This document shows positions 41,022 through 54,258 of a stretch of DNA of 64,000 nucleotides, one piece after another (position 1 is the first letter of the stretch; every line of letters begins with the position of its first letter). The notes below the pieces were generated by a model that did no database searches, was not told the origin of the DNA, and saw only the letters and a program-made list of their open reading frames with translations. The stretch is from Octopus vulgaris (lineage: Eukaryota), in contig OX597817.1 of assembly GCA_951406725.2 (NCBI GenBank), positions 50,530,001 to 50,594,000 on the forward strand. Reading direction: 5' to 3'. The position numbers and the translations under genes were made by a program.

Positions 41022-41700
41022 TTCCTTCAAAGTAGGACTTGCTATCTCGGGCTTTGTTGGGTCAGAGGATGCCAGGATGCTTCCATCGGACAATCTGCAT
41101 CTTGGGCTCTGGGTCATAACTATAGATCTAGATATCGCCACAGGTCACCGGAGACTTAAGCATTCTTGTACCGTGAGCTTTATCATCTCCTTCGTATCCC
41201 CAACATGTATTTTCCTCTGTTCGTCACTGAACATGTTGGAAACAAACGTTCCAAAAATTTTGTGCTTCATCTGATCCTCACGAATAATTCTGTGCACTGT
41301 TTCCAAACCAACTAGAAAACTATAGGCTTATTATCTTTATAGACACACGATGGTCCTCATCCAGGAAATTAAGAATTTTCTAAACTAGCTCTGATGTTTT
41401 GAAGGCTCTCTTCCCTTCCATATCCATACGGTATCTCACGTTCTCACTGTTCATCTTGAACTTCTTCTGCCTGCGAAAACAAATATTCAGCTCACGCAAA
41501 ACAATCAATAAGTGATTTGCAGCATTTCCTGCATTTTAGTAGCGTTTTCACCCAGTGTAACGGGCTTTAAAATTGTCTTCGGGTTCTCACTGCATTAGGC
41601 AAACTAGTCAGCTGCCAGAAGGAGTATTTAGCAGGAGGTGTGTTCAAAGTGCTACTCAAGACGTCTTTTTCAATCTGGCATAAAATGTCGGCAGGTTAGC
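41022..41700 (-). mobile_element. Mariner transposase pseudogene fragment (N-terminal half)
   Basis: VGLETVHRIIREDQMKHKIFGTFVSNMFSDEQRK resembles the mariner HTH and W/FVP..L linker, followed by a degenerate TGDE/YDPE region. Confidence 0.7.
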
Positions 41701-41736
41701 TTATTAGATGTATAGTAATGGTATACTATTATTATG

Positions 41737-41935
41737 TGGAGGCGCGTGGCTTAGTGGTTAGGGTGTCAGCATCATGATCGTAAGATTGTGGTTTCGATTC
41801 ATGGACCGGGCGACGCGTTGTGTTCTTGAGCAAAACACTTCATTTCACGTTGCTCCAGTCCACTCAGCTGGCAAAAATGAGTAACGCCATAGAAACCGGG
41901 AAACCGGACCCATGAGCCAGGCAAGACTTTAAAAG
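41737..41935 (+). mobile_element. SINE family B, internally deleted
   Basis: tggaggcgcgtggcttagtggttagggtg...ttgtgttcttgagcaaaacactt...gaaaccgggaaaccgg. Confidence 0.8.
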
Positions 41936-42361
41936 GGCCCATTTATTATACTATTATTATAATAATCTAGAACAATTATAAATGCTTCATATACATGTAT
42001 ATCAAATCTTCTAGAATACACCTCGTATGCCACTGGTGTTTTAGTGTTTTCAAATACACACAGAAACATGTAGTCACACATACACACACTAATAATTGAG
42101 TGCGTACCCCAACTCACTATATACTTATATATGTGTATATACACTCACCCCGAATTTCTATATATATATATATATATATTTATGAATAGATGTAAAATGT
42201 ATTTATATATAGATATATACATATCTATCGGTCTATCTATCAATGTATCTATCTATATATTTATCTATCTATATAGATGAGCACTCCGTAAGCAGCCCAT
42301 ATATTTTTAAATATTTTTTTAATGTTTTTAAAATTATATGCATGTATATATATATATATTT

Positions 42362-43332
42362 TTTCTAGTTTCAGCTCAGAGCTGCGGCCATGCTGATGCA
42401 CCGCCGTTTTGTGCTACACTGTTATTGCGACGAACCTCGTTTAATATGTGGCACTTGGTGAAGAATGGAGTTTGATACAGCTACTCTCATTTGCACCTCT
42501 TGCCGTGAGGTAGGTTCATCTGGGACTCTTGACAGGAAGATGTCTAGCTTTGATTTAAAAACCGCTACATCTACTTTGTGCAAGTTCCTCAGACTCTTTG
42601 GGAAGATATTAAAAAGCTGTGAGCCCTTGAAACCCAGGCTGTTGCAGAAGCTGGTCCTGAAGCGTGATGGCATTGCTGGGATCTTTGGCACTATGCAGTG
42701 TCGTCCCGTTCTAGCATTGGTGTAGCTTACAATGCCAAAATTTGGCACAATACCTTCCAGGATCTTCCAGACATATATTACTGCATACCTCTCCCGTCTT
42801 CTCTCCAGGGAGTAGAGTCTTAGCTGTTTCAACCTTTCCCAGTAGCTGAGCTGTTGCAAAGAGACGATCTTCTTTGTGAATCTTCTCTGGATGCTTCAAG
42901 GTCCGCTGTTAATTTTACACTGGTGGGTGACCATAGCTGTGAACAGTAATCCAGGCGACTGAGGACGAATGTCCGCCAGAGGACCATCATTGTTTCCTTA
43001 TCTCTGGTTCTGAATGTTCTTAGGATCCACCCAGCCAGTCGTCTGCACTTTGTCGCCATCCTGGTAATGTGCGCTTGGAAAGAGGTATCATCACTCATGT
43101 CGTTACCCAGGTCCCTCACAGACTTAGGCTCTGGGATTGAAATTCCCTGTGGACCGGTGTATCCTGTAAGTTTAATATTCGGTTTTGGATGCTGATAGCG
43201 CAGAGCCTGGAATTTTTCAGCATTAAACTGCATATTATTATCCTCAGCCCATCTGTAGATTGAGTCCAACTCTTGCTGCAGGTGTGCAACATCGCTGGGG
43301 TTCTGTATTTTCTGCGAGACTTTCATATCGTC

Positions 43333-43338
<6 letters not shown>
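42362..43338 (-). mobile_element. 5'-truncated CR1/Jockey-group LINE (RT C-terminal half + 3' UTR)
   Basis: YADDMKV...WAEDNNMQFNAEKFQ...VRDLG...VLSRLDYCSQLWSP...YWERLKQLRLYSLERRRERY; one frameshift near 42880; truncated at YADD into (TA)n. Confidence 0.9.
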
Positions 43339-43362
<24 letters not shown>

Positions 43363-43367
<5 letters not shown>

Positions 43368-43550
43368 AGAATTCACTAAAAAAACAAAAGACGAAGACAG
43401 GTAGTGTAGAGAAGAAACAGGTGTATTAGTTTAAGGTCGCGAAGTGTAAAAGTCTTTAACGTTTGGAGCCTACGTCCTTACACATAAAGGAACACAGAAA
43501 GAAGCAGGGGGGATAAAGAATGTGTAGTGGCTAGCGATATCTCATGGCAT
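43363..43550 (-). mobile_element. PLE-type 3' terminal module, degenerate hammerhead
   Basis: Same family as 27843-27955. Confidence 0.55.
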
Positions 43551-43576
43551 ATATATATCAATAGTTTTAAATACAA

Positions 43577-43630
<54 letters not shown>

Positions 43631-43954
43631 TTTTTTTGGGTTACAAAATTCTTTATGTGAGTTCGTGTGTTGAAGCATATTCTGTTGTGTCTGGAGAGAG
43701 TCATTCTCTTTTAGTGCCTTATAATTTAACAAACTCACAGGTAAAAATTCTACTTATTTCTTTTTTATTTTTCTAAAACCTTATATAAATATATATATAT
43801 ATGTGTGTGTATACATGTATATATATATGTGTGTGTATACATGTATATGCATATATGTATATATATATACAGACACACATATATATATGTGTATATAGAT
43901 ATACGTAGGTACATATGTATCTACGTAATTAGACGTACGTATGTATGTATGCAT

Positions 43955-44082
43955 GTAGGCAGGTAGGTAGGTAAGTAGGTAGGTAGGTAGGTAGGTAGGT
44001 AGGTAGGTAGGTAGGTAGGTAGGTAGGTAGGTAGGTAGGTAGGTAGGTAGGTAGGTAGGTAGGTAGGTAGGTAGGTGAGTAG
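43955..44082. repeat. (GGTA)n microsatellite
   Basis: Direct reading. Confidence 0.95.
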
Positions 44083-44812
44083 GTGGCTATAGATAGTCAG
44101 AAAGATACATTTTCAATTTGGCAGGTTTGTATGCAATGTAATTTATTTGCGTAATCATGAACGATATAGCCATTTAGTTTCATAAATCTTGTTTATATAT
44201 AAACCCAAAACGCCGTTCGATCTTCCTTAATGGTGTTTTTAATGCATTCGCCATGACTCAATCGATAAAATATGCTTCCGCTAGATTTCTGTGAAATTTT
44301 CGCAGATTTACTTGTCATCTTTACGATTCTTTCTCTAAACACCTTACATCAACCAGATTTTTGATCTCATTACATTTATATCAAATTACTATAGAAGCCT
44401 ATACGCCCACCAATACATCCACTTACGCCATTGCTGTACGCATTGAGGTAGGTGAATAAAGACGTAAACCCATACATGTTTATAGTTTGGAATTAAATTC
44501 TTTCTGTGAATACTGTTATATTAAGTCAAATCGTCTTGCGTTTCATTCTTTTCTTTTCCACCACCCCCTCTCTCTCTCTGTCTTTCAAATTGAATTCCGT
44601 TTATTATTTCTTTCCGAATATTATACCATTCGCTATATGTGTTTGTTTGTTTATTTGTTTGTTTGGTTGGTTGTTTGTGTGTGTGTATGTGTGTGTGTGT
44701 GTGTGTGTGTGAAGGTAATGGTTTGTGTGTGAATATGTGTGACCGTATCTGTGTTCGTGTGTATATGTGCATAGGTACATTTACATTTCTCTGACTGTCT
44801 GTCCCTCTCTCT

Positions 44813-44855
<43 letters not shown>

Positions 44856-45010
44856 ATATATATGCACACATACACACACACACACATATAGAGAGAGCGG
44901 GACAGGCAGAGAAAGAGAGGGAGGGAGAGAGAAAGATATATATATATATTTATATTTATTTATAAACATATATAAGCATATATATTATACGTATTATACG
45001 TATTTGTGTA

Positions 45011-45059
<49 letters not shown>

Positions 45060-45407
45060 GTATTTGTGTGTGTGTAAATATAAATATACGTAGATAGTTA
45101 AATGCATATATATATATATATATAAAAAAGCATATATGTATATGCATATACATACGTGTGCCGCGCATGTGTGCATCTGTGTGTGTGTTTCTGTGTTTTT
45201 GTCTGAGTTTAATATAATAAAATGTAATATAATATAATATATATGCAAGTATAATTTATAGTTATTCATGTGGACAAATTGAGTTCTATATGTAACTCTG
45301 TGGTATAGCTTTCACAATATTATATTATTATATACTCTACGCTCAATAATTCTATTGTTTTTTTCAATCTCCTTTCATGTTTCGCTGTTTCTCTGTATAT
45401 AGCATAT

Positions 45408-45817
45408 TCTTTTAGTCTTTTATGCGTTTCAGTCATTTGACTGCGGCCATGCTGGAGCACCGCCTTTAGTCGAACGAATCGACTCCAGGACTTATTCTTT
45501 GTAAGCCTAGTACTTATTCTTTCGAATCCTTTTTTGCCGAACTGCTAAGCTAAGTGTGACGTAGACACACCAACGTCGGTTGTCAAGCGATGGTGGGGGA
45601 GGGGTACAAACGCAGATACACAAACACACACATACGTATATACATATATATATATATATACGACGGGCTTCTTTCAGTTTCCGTCTTTCCAAATCCACTC
45701 ACGAGGGTTTGGTCGGTCCGAGTCTCTAGTAGAAGCCACTTACCCAAGGTGCCACGCAGTGGGACTGAAATCGGGACTGTAAGCAATCTACTTACCACAC
45801 AGCCATTCCTGCGCCTA
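45408..45817 (-). mobile_element. Full-length SINE family A
   Basis: Reverse complement of the family A sequence. Confidence 0.88.
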
Positions 45818-46657
45818 TATATACATATATATATAAATATATATATAAATATATATATATATTAATAAAATAAATAAAACATATGCATATATATAAACAT
45901 ATATGTACGTACCTACCTCTACATGTACATATACACGCATATATGAGTACAGGACACCAAAGGGACGTCGAACACAAAGAGAAACGAAAACATAGACACA
46001 AACCAAAGGAACAGGACATTTTTAAAAAAACAACAAAAAATGGAGTACAGGACAGTTAACACAACGAAAAAACCCCTTCTTCAGTCGCTAAGGTTTCATC
46101 TACTCTACGTTTCGAAGGATAAAAGCGAGACGTATCTTCGACAAGAAACTTTCCTTCCTGCGAAAAGCAAATCAATTAAAATTCTGAGATCTTTTCGCAG
46201 AGGGGTAAAAAATGGTAAAAAAATGGTAAAAAAAACAGGACAGTAACGACAGTACAAAAATATAAACAGTAAAAAAACAGTAAAAAATATATATATATAA
46301 ACAGTAAAAAATATATATATATATAACAGTAAAAGACAGGACAGGGAAAACAAGATAAGAAGGGCTGTTGACGCCGAACGAAAAAAGTATTGCAAACGCT
46401 GGATTTTTTGTGAACGACGAGAGAGCAGGAAAAGTCGTCCAGTTGCCTTGAAAGGCTGGCGAGAAAGACAGTTAGCAGTCGAGGCGGAAGTATCGTCGCA
46501 GGTGGACGACGGGAATGGGGGAGGAGGAGCAAGAGGAAGGGAGAGAAGAAGGGGAATGGTGCGAGGAGACCATGAAGAATGGTGAGGGGGAGAGAGAGAA
46601 TGAAGAATGAGAGAGAGAGGAAGAGACAAGTTAAGTAGGGGAAAAAAAGAAGAAAAG

Positions 46658-46693
<36 letters not shown>

Positions 46694-46696
<3 letters not shown>

Positions 46697-47539
46697 TCAA
46701 CTCTCGCTACTATGCCACCTCGCTACTATGCCACCTCGCTACTATGCACTCTCGCTACTATGCCAGTTTTGTGCGGTCTCGGCCAAATAATAAACAAAAA
46801 TTTTTTACTATGCCACCCTCAACTCTATGTCACCTGTAAACTGAAGCGCACGCAACTTTTCGAAATTTTGTACTCCTACATTTTGTACATTTCGTATTTG
46901 TAATCTTGTGGAAAAGTTCAGAAAGTAGCATACAATGTCAGAAACGCAAGTGGACTGAGTTTACGCTGAAGGAAAAGAAGGAGGTTATCGATGCTGCAAA
47001 AAACGTTATTGTCGGGCCCCTCGTATCATTAGTAATATCTGATACAAGTTACCGCCTCTTGTATTGTCCGACATGTTTCACTCTAGAAGAAATAGCAAAG
47101 GAGGTAATGCATAACGAAGAGCCGGTGGAAAGTGAAGACGACGGGGTAATTGTGGAAGAGGAATACGTTTCGTTTGCAGATGCCCAGAGAGCACGGAGCA
47201 CTATCCGAAAGTTTATGCAGCAGCAGCAGAGCAGCGGAAAATCCAGCGTCATGCAGGCGTGTGATAGGCTAGACAACGAAATGAATGAAATCCGCCGAAA
47301 GAAGATGCGTCAGCCAGCAATTTTTGAGAGCTTCGGGATTAACTAAAAGCAATCTGAACTTAATAAACTTGGATGTCTTCTTATTACCATTGCATTAAAC
47401 TTCTTATTGGCCTTACTTCCTAACCTATTAATTTTTATTCGTATGTTCAGTAAATTTTTGGTTATGTAGTGTTTAGATAACAGTCCCTCGGTACTTTTGG
47501 CTCAGTCCCGCAGGGTGGCATAGTAGCGAGAGTTGACTG
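46694..47539 (+). mobile_element. Internally deleted pogo/Tigger transposon
   Basis: Perfect TIRs cagtcaactctcgctactatgccacc / ggtggcatagtagcgagagttgactg with TA TSDs; CENP-B-like KRKWTEFTLKEKKEVI joined to the acidic C-terminus and PIP-box-like RQPAIFESF. Confidence 0.92.
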
Positions 47540-47577
47540 TATATCTATCTATCTATCTATCGATATATATACATATA

Positions 47578-47744
47578 TACGACGGGCTTCTTTCAGTTTC
47601 AGTCTACCAAATCCACGCACAAAGCATTGGTCGGCCCGAGGCTATAGTAGAAGACACTTGCCCAAGGTGCCACGCAGTAGGACTGAACCCGGAACCATGT
47701 GGTTGGTAAACAAGCTACTTACCACACAGCCACTCCTGTGCCTA
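47578..47744 (-). mobile_element. SINE family A, 5' half
   Basis: gacgggcttctttcagtttc...cttaccacacagccactcctgtgccta. Confidence 0.85.
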
Positions 47745-48354
47745 TATATTAAATATATATATTATACATACATACATACATACATACATACATACATACA
47801 TGCATACATTCATAGAACATACAAGGAAATACTGTGTAGTGCGAAGCGAGGGAGAAAGTGATCAAAGCAAACAGAAAACACGCGGGGTAGAAAGAGAGGT
47901 ACTTATAAATGGATGCTTCTTTGGTTTAATAGATGAATCTAAATAATATTTGTTCAAATAGGAAGTGTGAAATTGATGCATAGACAGCGTGAGAGTGGGG
48001 AAGATATCGGACAATGAGACATGTAAAAAGTACAAAAGACATATGTAGGTAGATTTATGGCGGTGCGTGTTTGTGTGCGTATGTGTCTATATATGTGCAA
48101 GTGTATGTGTAAGTATGTGTATACAAGATAAGCAAATACACATATACATACGAACGCACACGCTCGCATACATACCCACACGCACAGACAGACACGCTCA
48201 GAGAATCACTCACACACACCGAACAGACATGCGGACAGTTTAGTAATTTGATAGATTAAATTTGATATATGATCAGACAGATTCTGGGTAGAAACAAAAG
48301 CTGAGCAATCATGTTTTGGAAAAAACGTTAAATAGGTTCGAATGCTAGGCACGT

Positions 48355-48640
48355 ATACATACATACATAAATTCATACATACATATATACATATATATAT
48401 ACGTACATACATACATACATACATATATACTTACATACATACATACATATATACGTACATACATACATACATATACATACATATATACGTACGTACGTAC
48501 ATACATACATACATACATACATATATACATACATATACATACATACTTATACATACATACGTACGTACGTACATACATACATACATATATACATACATAC
48601 ATACATATATACATACATACATACTTACATACATACATAT
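48355..48640. repeat. (TACA)n-type degenerate microsatellite
   Basis: Direct reading. Confidence 0.95.
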
Positions 48641-49099
48641 ATGTGTAAGTACATATATATGTATATGTGTGTGTGTATGCACGTATACACATATACGTCC
48701 ACACGTGTATTTGTATTTAAACAGTACGTTTAATATATAGCTCTTTGTCCAATGTTTTACCTGTCTATGAATCTATCACGCCATCTACTGGAACAAATAT
48801 TTACATTCTTCTAATAAAACACTGAAACATCTGTTTTTATGCACCTCTCTTTCCGAAGAACATTTCCTGCCTCATTCATTTTTCTGCTCTTTCTTTCTGT
48901 CATTCACTCTATCATTCTTTTCCCTTAGTTACGATTTATCTGCCTATTTGTCAGTTTATGTGTCTCCCTCTTTCTCCCTCTCTTCCCTCATATACCCGCA
49001 CACTCAAACTCACATACACATATATACATTCAAATCGAGGAGCATACAACTTTTAAAATCTTCTGTCGATTTCAGATCGGTGCAATATTTTGAAATAAG

Positions 49100-49650
49100 A
49101 AGAATATGTGTTCCGTCAGTTATGCGATGTTTGCCATTTTGTTCTAGTAATGTATGATCTAGAAATGTCTTCGACGCTCCACTTACAGATTTACGGCATA
49201 GTATTCTCTGGCATGTCTCATTCCTGCATACTTTGTGCCTTTCTTTTTGTCTACGTGCTGGAAAGTTCGCTAGTGGTTGGTGAATCTCTGTTTTAAAATA
49301 TTTTTTTCTTTTTCTTTCGGTTCCCATATTTGGCAGTACATAGTTGACCTTCGCTTCGATGACCACTGAGCTAATTGTGCATACTTTGTTGTGTAAGTTA
49401 ATATCTGGGTTTCTGTAGTTGATGTTTCGAATGGGTGTTTTATGTGTTTTGTGTGCAAAATAGTTTTTCTTTTCATATTAGAGCAGCGGTTGTTGGAAAC
49501 TTTCACGGAAAATGTATCAAAGATTTTCTTACATCTGTGACTACAAGGGAAATGTTTATCTATAAAAGTTAAGAATGCTTTGCTTACATTTGTCCTAACA
49601 TTCAAGGGTAAAGGGGAAACAAACCATGTAATTTTCTTAGATTGTTGTTA
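49100..49650 (-). mobile_element. Decayed PLE of a second lineage (thumb/linker + GIY-YIG remnant; Naiad-like by recollection)
   Basis: RKITWF..P..LNVRTNVSKAFLTFIDKHFPCSHRCKKIFDTFSVKVS resembles WFNPP...NV.TNIG..FL..I.KHFP..H...KIFN...VKVSYSC; RFTNH downstream. Confidence 0.7.
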
Positions 49651-50942
49651 CGAGGGTTATTGTCTGGATCGGAGCGTATCTCTTTTATCGATAGTTGTTA
49701 TATTTCTTGTTTTAATTTGAAAACGACGACATACATGTTTATTCTTATTACGCTTTGGCATATTTGAACGTGAATATGCTAACACGCTTTTGTGTTCGTC
49801 ACAAAGACAATTTTCTCTTTTACGATGAATACGCATTCATATCACACTCGATTAATTGATGTATGGTATTCTGGTATCGTCGCTGTTTCTGACTGACGAG
49901 TTACGCGATGTTGAAGCACCAGCCGTCCCGGAACACCCTTAATAATGAAAAGTGTGTGTTATGAACACATATTCGTTGTAGAAGAGTTGATCTTTTCTGA
50001 GGAATACAACAGCAAATGTATTAAGAAGAAATATATAATTCGTATATTAACAATAAATATAGCAAAAATAAATATCTTAAGAATAGACATATAATTCATA
50101 GATTTGAACCTCAATGTTCAGCGGGCTCATTTAAGAATTTGTAAATGTTTCTACTTGATTTGCGATAAATTATCAAAAATAAAAAGAAAGCGATTGTGAA
50201 ACACTACGGTCATTCCATCTTTCAAAATACTTAACAACAAAACCGACGACGCCAGAACAATTGGCTGTAAACGTTTTTATAAATACAATCTGTTCATTGG
50301 CCATTGCTCTGAATTTGCCCGGGCTTTTCAAAAATTAATGAAGCATGAAAGTTTTTATTATTTATCACCATAATGTTATAAAATTTGCTAGATTTTCTAT
50401 ACATGTCGTTGTGGATTTGTATTGCACAAAACTTTAATTTTTGTTTGTTATTTGTATCAATAATAAATATTATATAACCGAATTCTGTTGCAGACATCCT
50501 GTCTGACGAATTGAGGATTTCAGTAGGATAATTGGCATTAATTATTTCTTCTTTTATTTGTCTGATTCATTGAAATGCATTGATGTTGGGACACGGTCTT
50601 GAAGGTTTTAGTTGATCAAATCCTCTATTGTATGACCTTTATATCGTGTACTTATCGAATGGTTTTCCTGGACCACTACGTTAAGGAGCTTCAAAACTTT
50701 AACAGTTTTTTTCAAAGTGTGAGAAACAAATACAAATCATACATACATTCACGCTCACACACACACACAAACACACACACATACCACACACAGAATCAGT
50801 CATACACAAATACATGCATACACATATTCCTCTATTTACATAATATCGAGGTCTCTTTCATTCTTTTGTTGTCTTACCATTACTATTAATATATGTGTGT
50901 ATGTGTGTCTCTGTGTGTGTATATGTGTGTACATATGTATAT

Positions 50943-51505
50943 ACTAGGTGTTGGACCAGGCGTTGCTCGTGTTTTCCGTGTTGAAGTTAAGACCACCTCT
51001 GACCTTGTATTGAAATCTTCTACGTTCCCCGTACCAACGATTACCCATTAAGATGTTATATCTGGTTCGGCAGGGATGTCATAAAATAGAACCCATGTGA
51101 CCATTTACATGAAAATATAAAAGTTACAGTCAAATATAAAATCCCTATGGGTATTTGCACGGAAAAGCCCATTGATTTTATAAAACCCCTACGCAGACGA
51201 TATTATCGATTTTTTGTCAACGCCATATACTGCCTTAAGCATCGATTTTCATCAAAATCGGACAAAGAATGCAAAAGCTGCAGGAAAAATAACATCGTTA
51301 TGAGAATTTCCATTCAAACGCCCGAATCGGCTCACAAAAATCCTTGCCAACTAGGCATTATCGAGTTTTAGAAAAATTGCGGTCTTATTTGAACTTCAGG
51401 CTATGTGATCTACCTATGGTCCCAAATATCATCAAAATCGGTTGGATGGTGTGGGGGTGTTAGAGTAACCCCAAATACACAGATAGTCACCATTACTCTT
51501 TTTAG
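50943..51505 (+). mobile_element. Non-autonomous Helitron/Helentron-like (Lep1/HINE-style) element
   Basis: Starts actag-gtgttggaccaggcgttgctcg; repeated catcaaaatcgg motifs (about 51250 and 51430); ends with acacagatag...ctcttttt. Confidence 0.5.
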
Positions 51506-52320
51506 TGTTAGTCTATTTCATGTAATTTCAGTAACTTGTAGGGCGTGAAACCGGGTTAAGCTGCGAGCATGACTTCTACGGCTCATCATAAACCTAGAAA
51601 AGTTTCTTAAGTAAAACACTAAATCGTCGATATTACTTTGCAACGATAATATTTGATTATCTTTGTGTAGTTTTTAATTTTGAGCGAAATGTTCTAAAAT
51701 TACTGTAACTCAAATATTTACAATAACAAACACTTCACCTTCAAAGACGATCGTTTCACATGTAAAAGTAAGACAATTCTAAGAACAACACGACTTAATT
51801 TTCAAAGTTACATCTCACTAGTATATACAGGGAGGGCAACTTTAAGTCAGAAACCTAATCGTAATTGTATGAAGAAACGCTTTTATTTCATCAACCTCTA
51901 ATGGATTTGTCAAGGAAATACACGTTATCTATTTCTAGATCTTTCCGTTTATAGTATGTGCATTCATGTTTATATTTGGTTTACCGTTCTGCATTTGATG
52001 TGTATGACTTACTTGCATACTACGTGAATATGATATGTGTATATGTTTATATATATATATGTATGTATATATATATATCTATATCTATCTATCTATATAT
52101 ATGTATATATATATATATATAGATATATAGATAGATAGATAGATAGATATAGATATAGATAGACAGACAGACAGATATATACATATACATACACACATAT
52201 ATATATATATATACACACATGTTGATATATATGTATGTATATATATATATATACATGTATACGTATATATACGTATATATATATGCATATATATATATGT
52301 ATGTATATATATATATATAA

Positions 52321-52355
<35 letters not shown>

Positions 52356-52953
52356 TGCATGTATGAATGCAGGGGTGGATGGATAGATATGTGGGGGTGC
52401 CTAGATGTGTATATATTGTGACATACTCATTTGTATAAACTGCTGTATGAACTGGAAAATAATTTTACATCTTAAATTTATTATATGTTGATCAAGGAAG
52501 AATCCCATTTTATTCTGAGGATACAAACTCTTTCTTTTCATTCGCGTCTATCATGAGATGATCAGAGAATGCTGGTTTGAAAGCAAGAGGTTAAGGTGTT
52601 TCTTTGTACCTGAAATTCTTTCATGAAATTATCATCGAACTGGTCTATTCTCAGCTGGATCTCGGAGTGGCGATAATATGAGGACTTAACCTCTCGTAGA
52701 TAGACTCTGCTACACTTACTGCATTATAAAAAAAGATAGTATGTAAAAGCGCGCACTTGAACACACACACATACACACACACACACAAACATACACACAC
52801 ACAAACATACACACACACACACACACACACGCACTCACACACAATTAAATACAGTAACATATACACAGGTATGCGCTCTCGCACATACGCACATACATAT
52901 GCACATACAAGTACAATCATTCCTGAGAGATAAGCGAGAAATTCTTAAATGTA

Positions 52954-53481
52954 ACTAGAGCACTCAGAGAGCGCAAACCTCCGTCAAGGCAACACCAACC
53001 TTCTCTCAACGATTAATCAGAGGCAATTTTTAACCCATTGAGTCCCACTGTCCTATAAATAGGACACTAAATGAAAACATTAAATATGCTATATTACATT
53101 GTCTCAGTGTCCTATTTATAGGACACCGAAAATTTCCATTTCTACTTCAAGTAAAGGAGTTTCAATAATTAATATTTTTCATTTTAACCTATTTTCAATC
53201 ATCTGTAAATATTTAAAATAATATTCAGAAATTTAAGTATTCTGAGACTTTATGGGATAAAATTAGAATATCTGAAACAAACTTGACTACTCTCACAAAC
53301 AAGAATACTAAAAAGGTACCCGGCCGCTCTCAAACATTAAGGAAAAAAAACAGGAAAAATAATCCAGAATCCTTGTTCGGTACCGCATCAATCCCAAAAT
53401 CTAATGAGTTCGTGCCAGTCATGAGGCCAAACATCCCTGAACGTTTCATCCGAAACAATCCAGCGCTTCTTGAGATATCTT
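52954..53481 (+). mobile_element. Helentron/HINE-like element carrying a TTAA-flanked piggyBac-like MITE (53034-53336)
   Basis: actagagcactcagagagcgcaaacctccgtcaagg...aaaatctaat...tttcatccgaaa...cttcttgagatatc; insert bounded by TTAA at 53030-53033 and 53337-53340, begins CCC and contains paired palindromes tgtccta(taaa/ttta)taggacac. Confidence 0.5.
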
Positions 53482-53679
53482 GATTTGGATTTGAGAGCAC
53501 TAAAAATCGAACATACCCGTCTGATATGTGTAATCCCAGACAAACCATCTTCGACCGCTAGTACTAACGAATTCAAAAAGTACAAATGAGGCTTTACATT
53601 CCTCCCCCTTCCACCTACGTGAGTTATAGAGCAACACATTCCTACAGAGAGAACTGTAGTTTAATATCAAGGAGAGAGA

Positions 53680-54224
53680 ATTATATTATCAATAATAAAA
53701 GGGTAAAATTAATTAATTATTAATTAATTTTACCAAGTAGTGTTCAGTATGTAAAAATACCATTTACGGTATATTTAAAACATTACGTTATATAATTAGG
53801 GTTCAGTAAAATAATTTACTTTACCACACACCGAACTTTTAGAAATAGCAGCCAAAAAATCTTAGCTATTTCTTCTACTATAAGAACAATCTCCCAGACA
53901 ATGCATACTCAAAAATAACTCACACAGGTATAGAGGGGGAAAATAACGGGTATGTTCGATTTTTAGTGCTCTCAAATCCAAATCAAAAGAAATCTTTGAG
54001 CTGACGAAGGAAATGTTGATCTTTATATTCAACTAATCCAGAAACGGCCGTTCTCAAGTAATCTTATGTACGTGTGATCTTTCGTTATTTTTCCCTTTAT
54101 ATCTGTGTGAGTTATTTTTGAGTATGCATTGTCTGGGAGATTTTTCTTATAGTAGAAGAAATAGCTAAGATTTTTTGGCTGCTATTTCTAAAAGTTCGGT
54201 GTGTGGTAAAGTAAATTATTTTAT

Positions 54225-54226
<2 letters not shown>
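53680..54226. mobile_element. Non-coding PLE-type element: inverted terminal modules around a hammerhead
   Basis: 53807-53948 is the reverse complement of about 54082-54224; 53480-53520 is the reverse complement of 53946-53986; ends in (TA)n. Confidence 0.75.
53996..54057 (+). ncRNA. Type I hammerhead ribozyme with extended stem II
   Basis: ttgag-CTGACGA-a-GGA..gttga..tcaac..TCC-a-GAAAC-ggcc-GTT-ctcaa; palindromic stem III AACGGCCGTT. Confidence 0.78.

Positions 54227-54258
<32 letters not shown>

Noticed and set aside
46694-46770. CRISPR-like short direct repeats
   Set aside because: Subterminal repeats of a Tigger element without unique spacers, in eukaryotic context.
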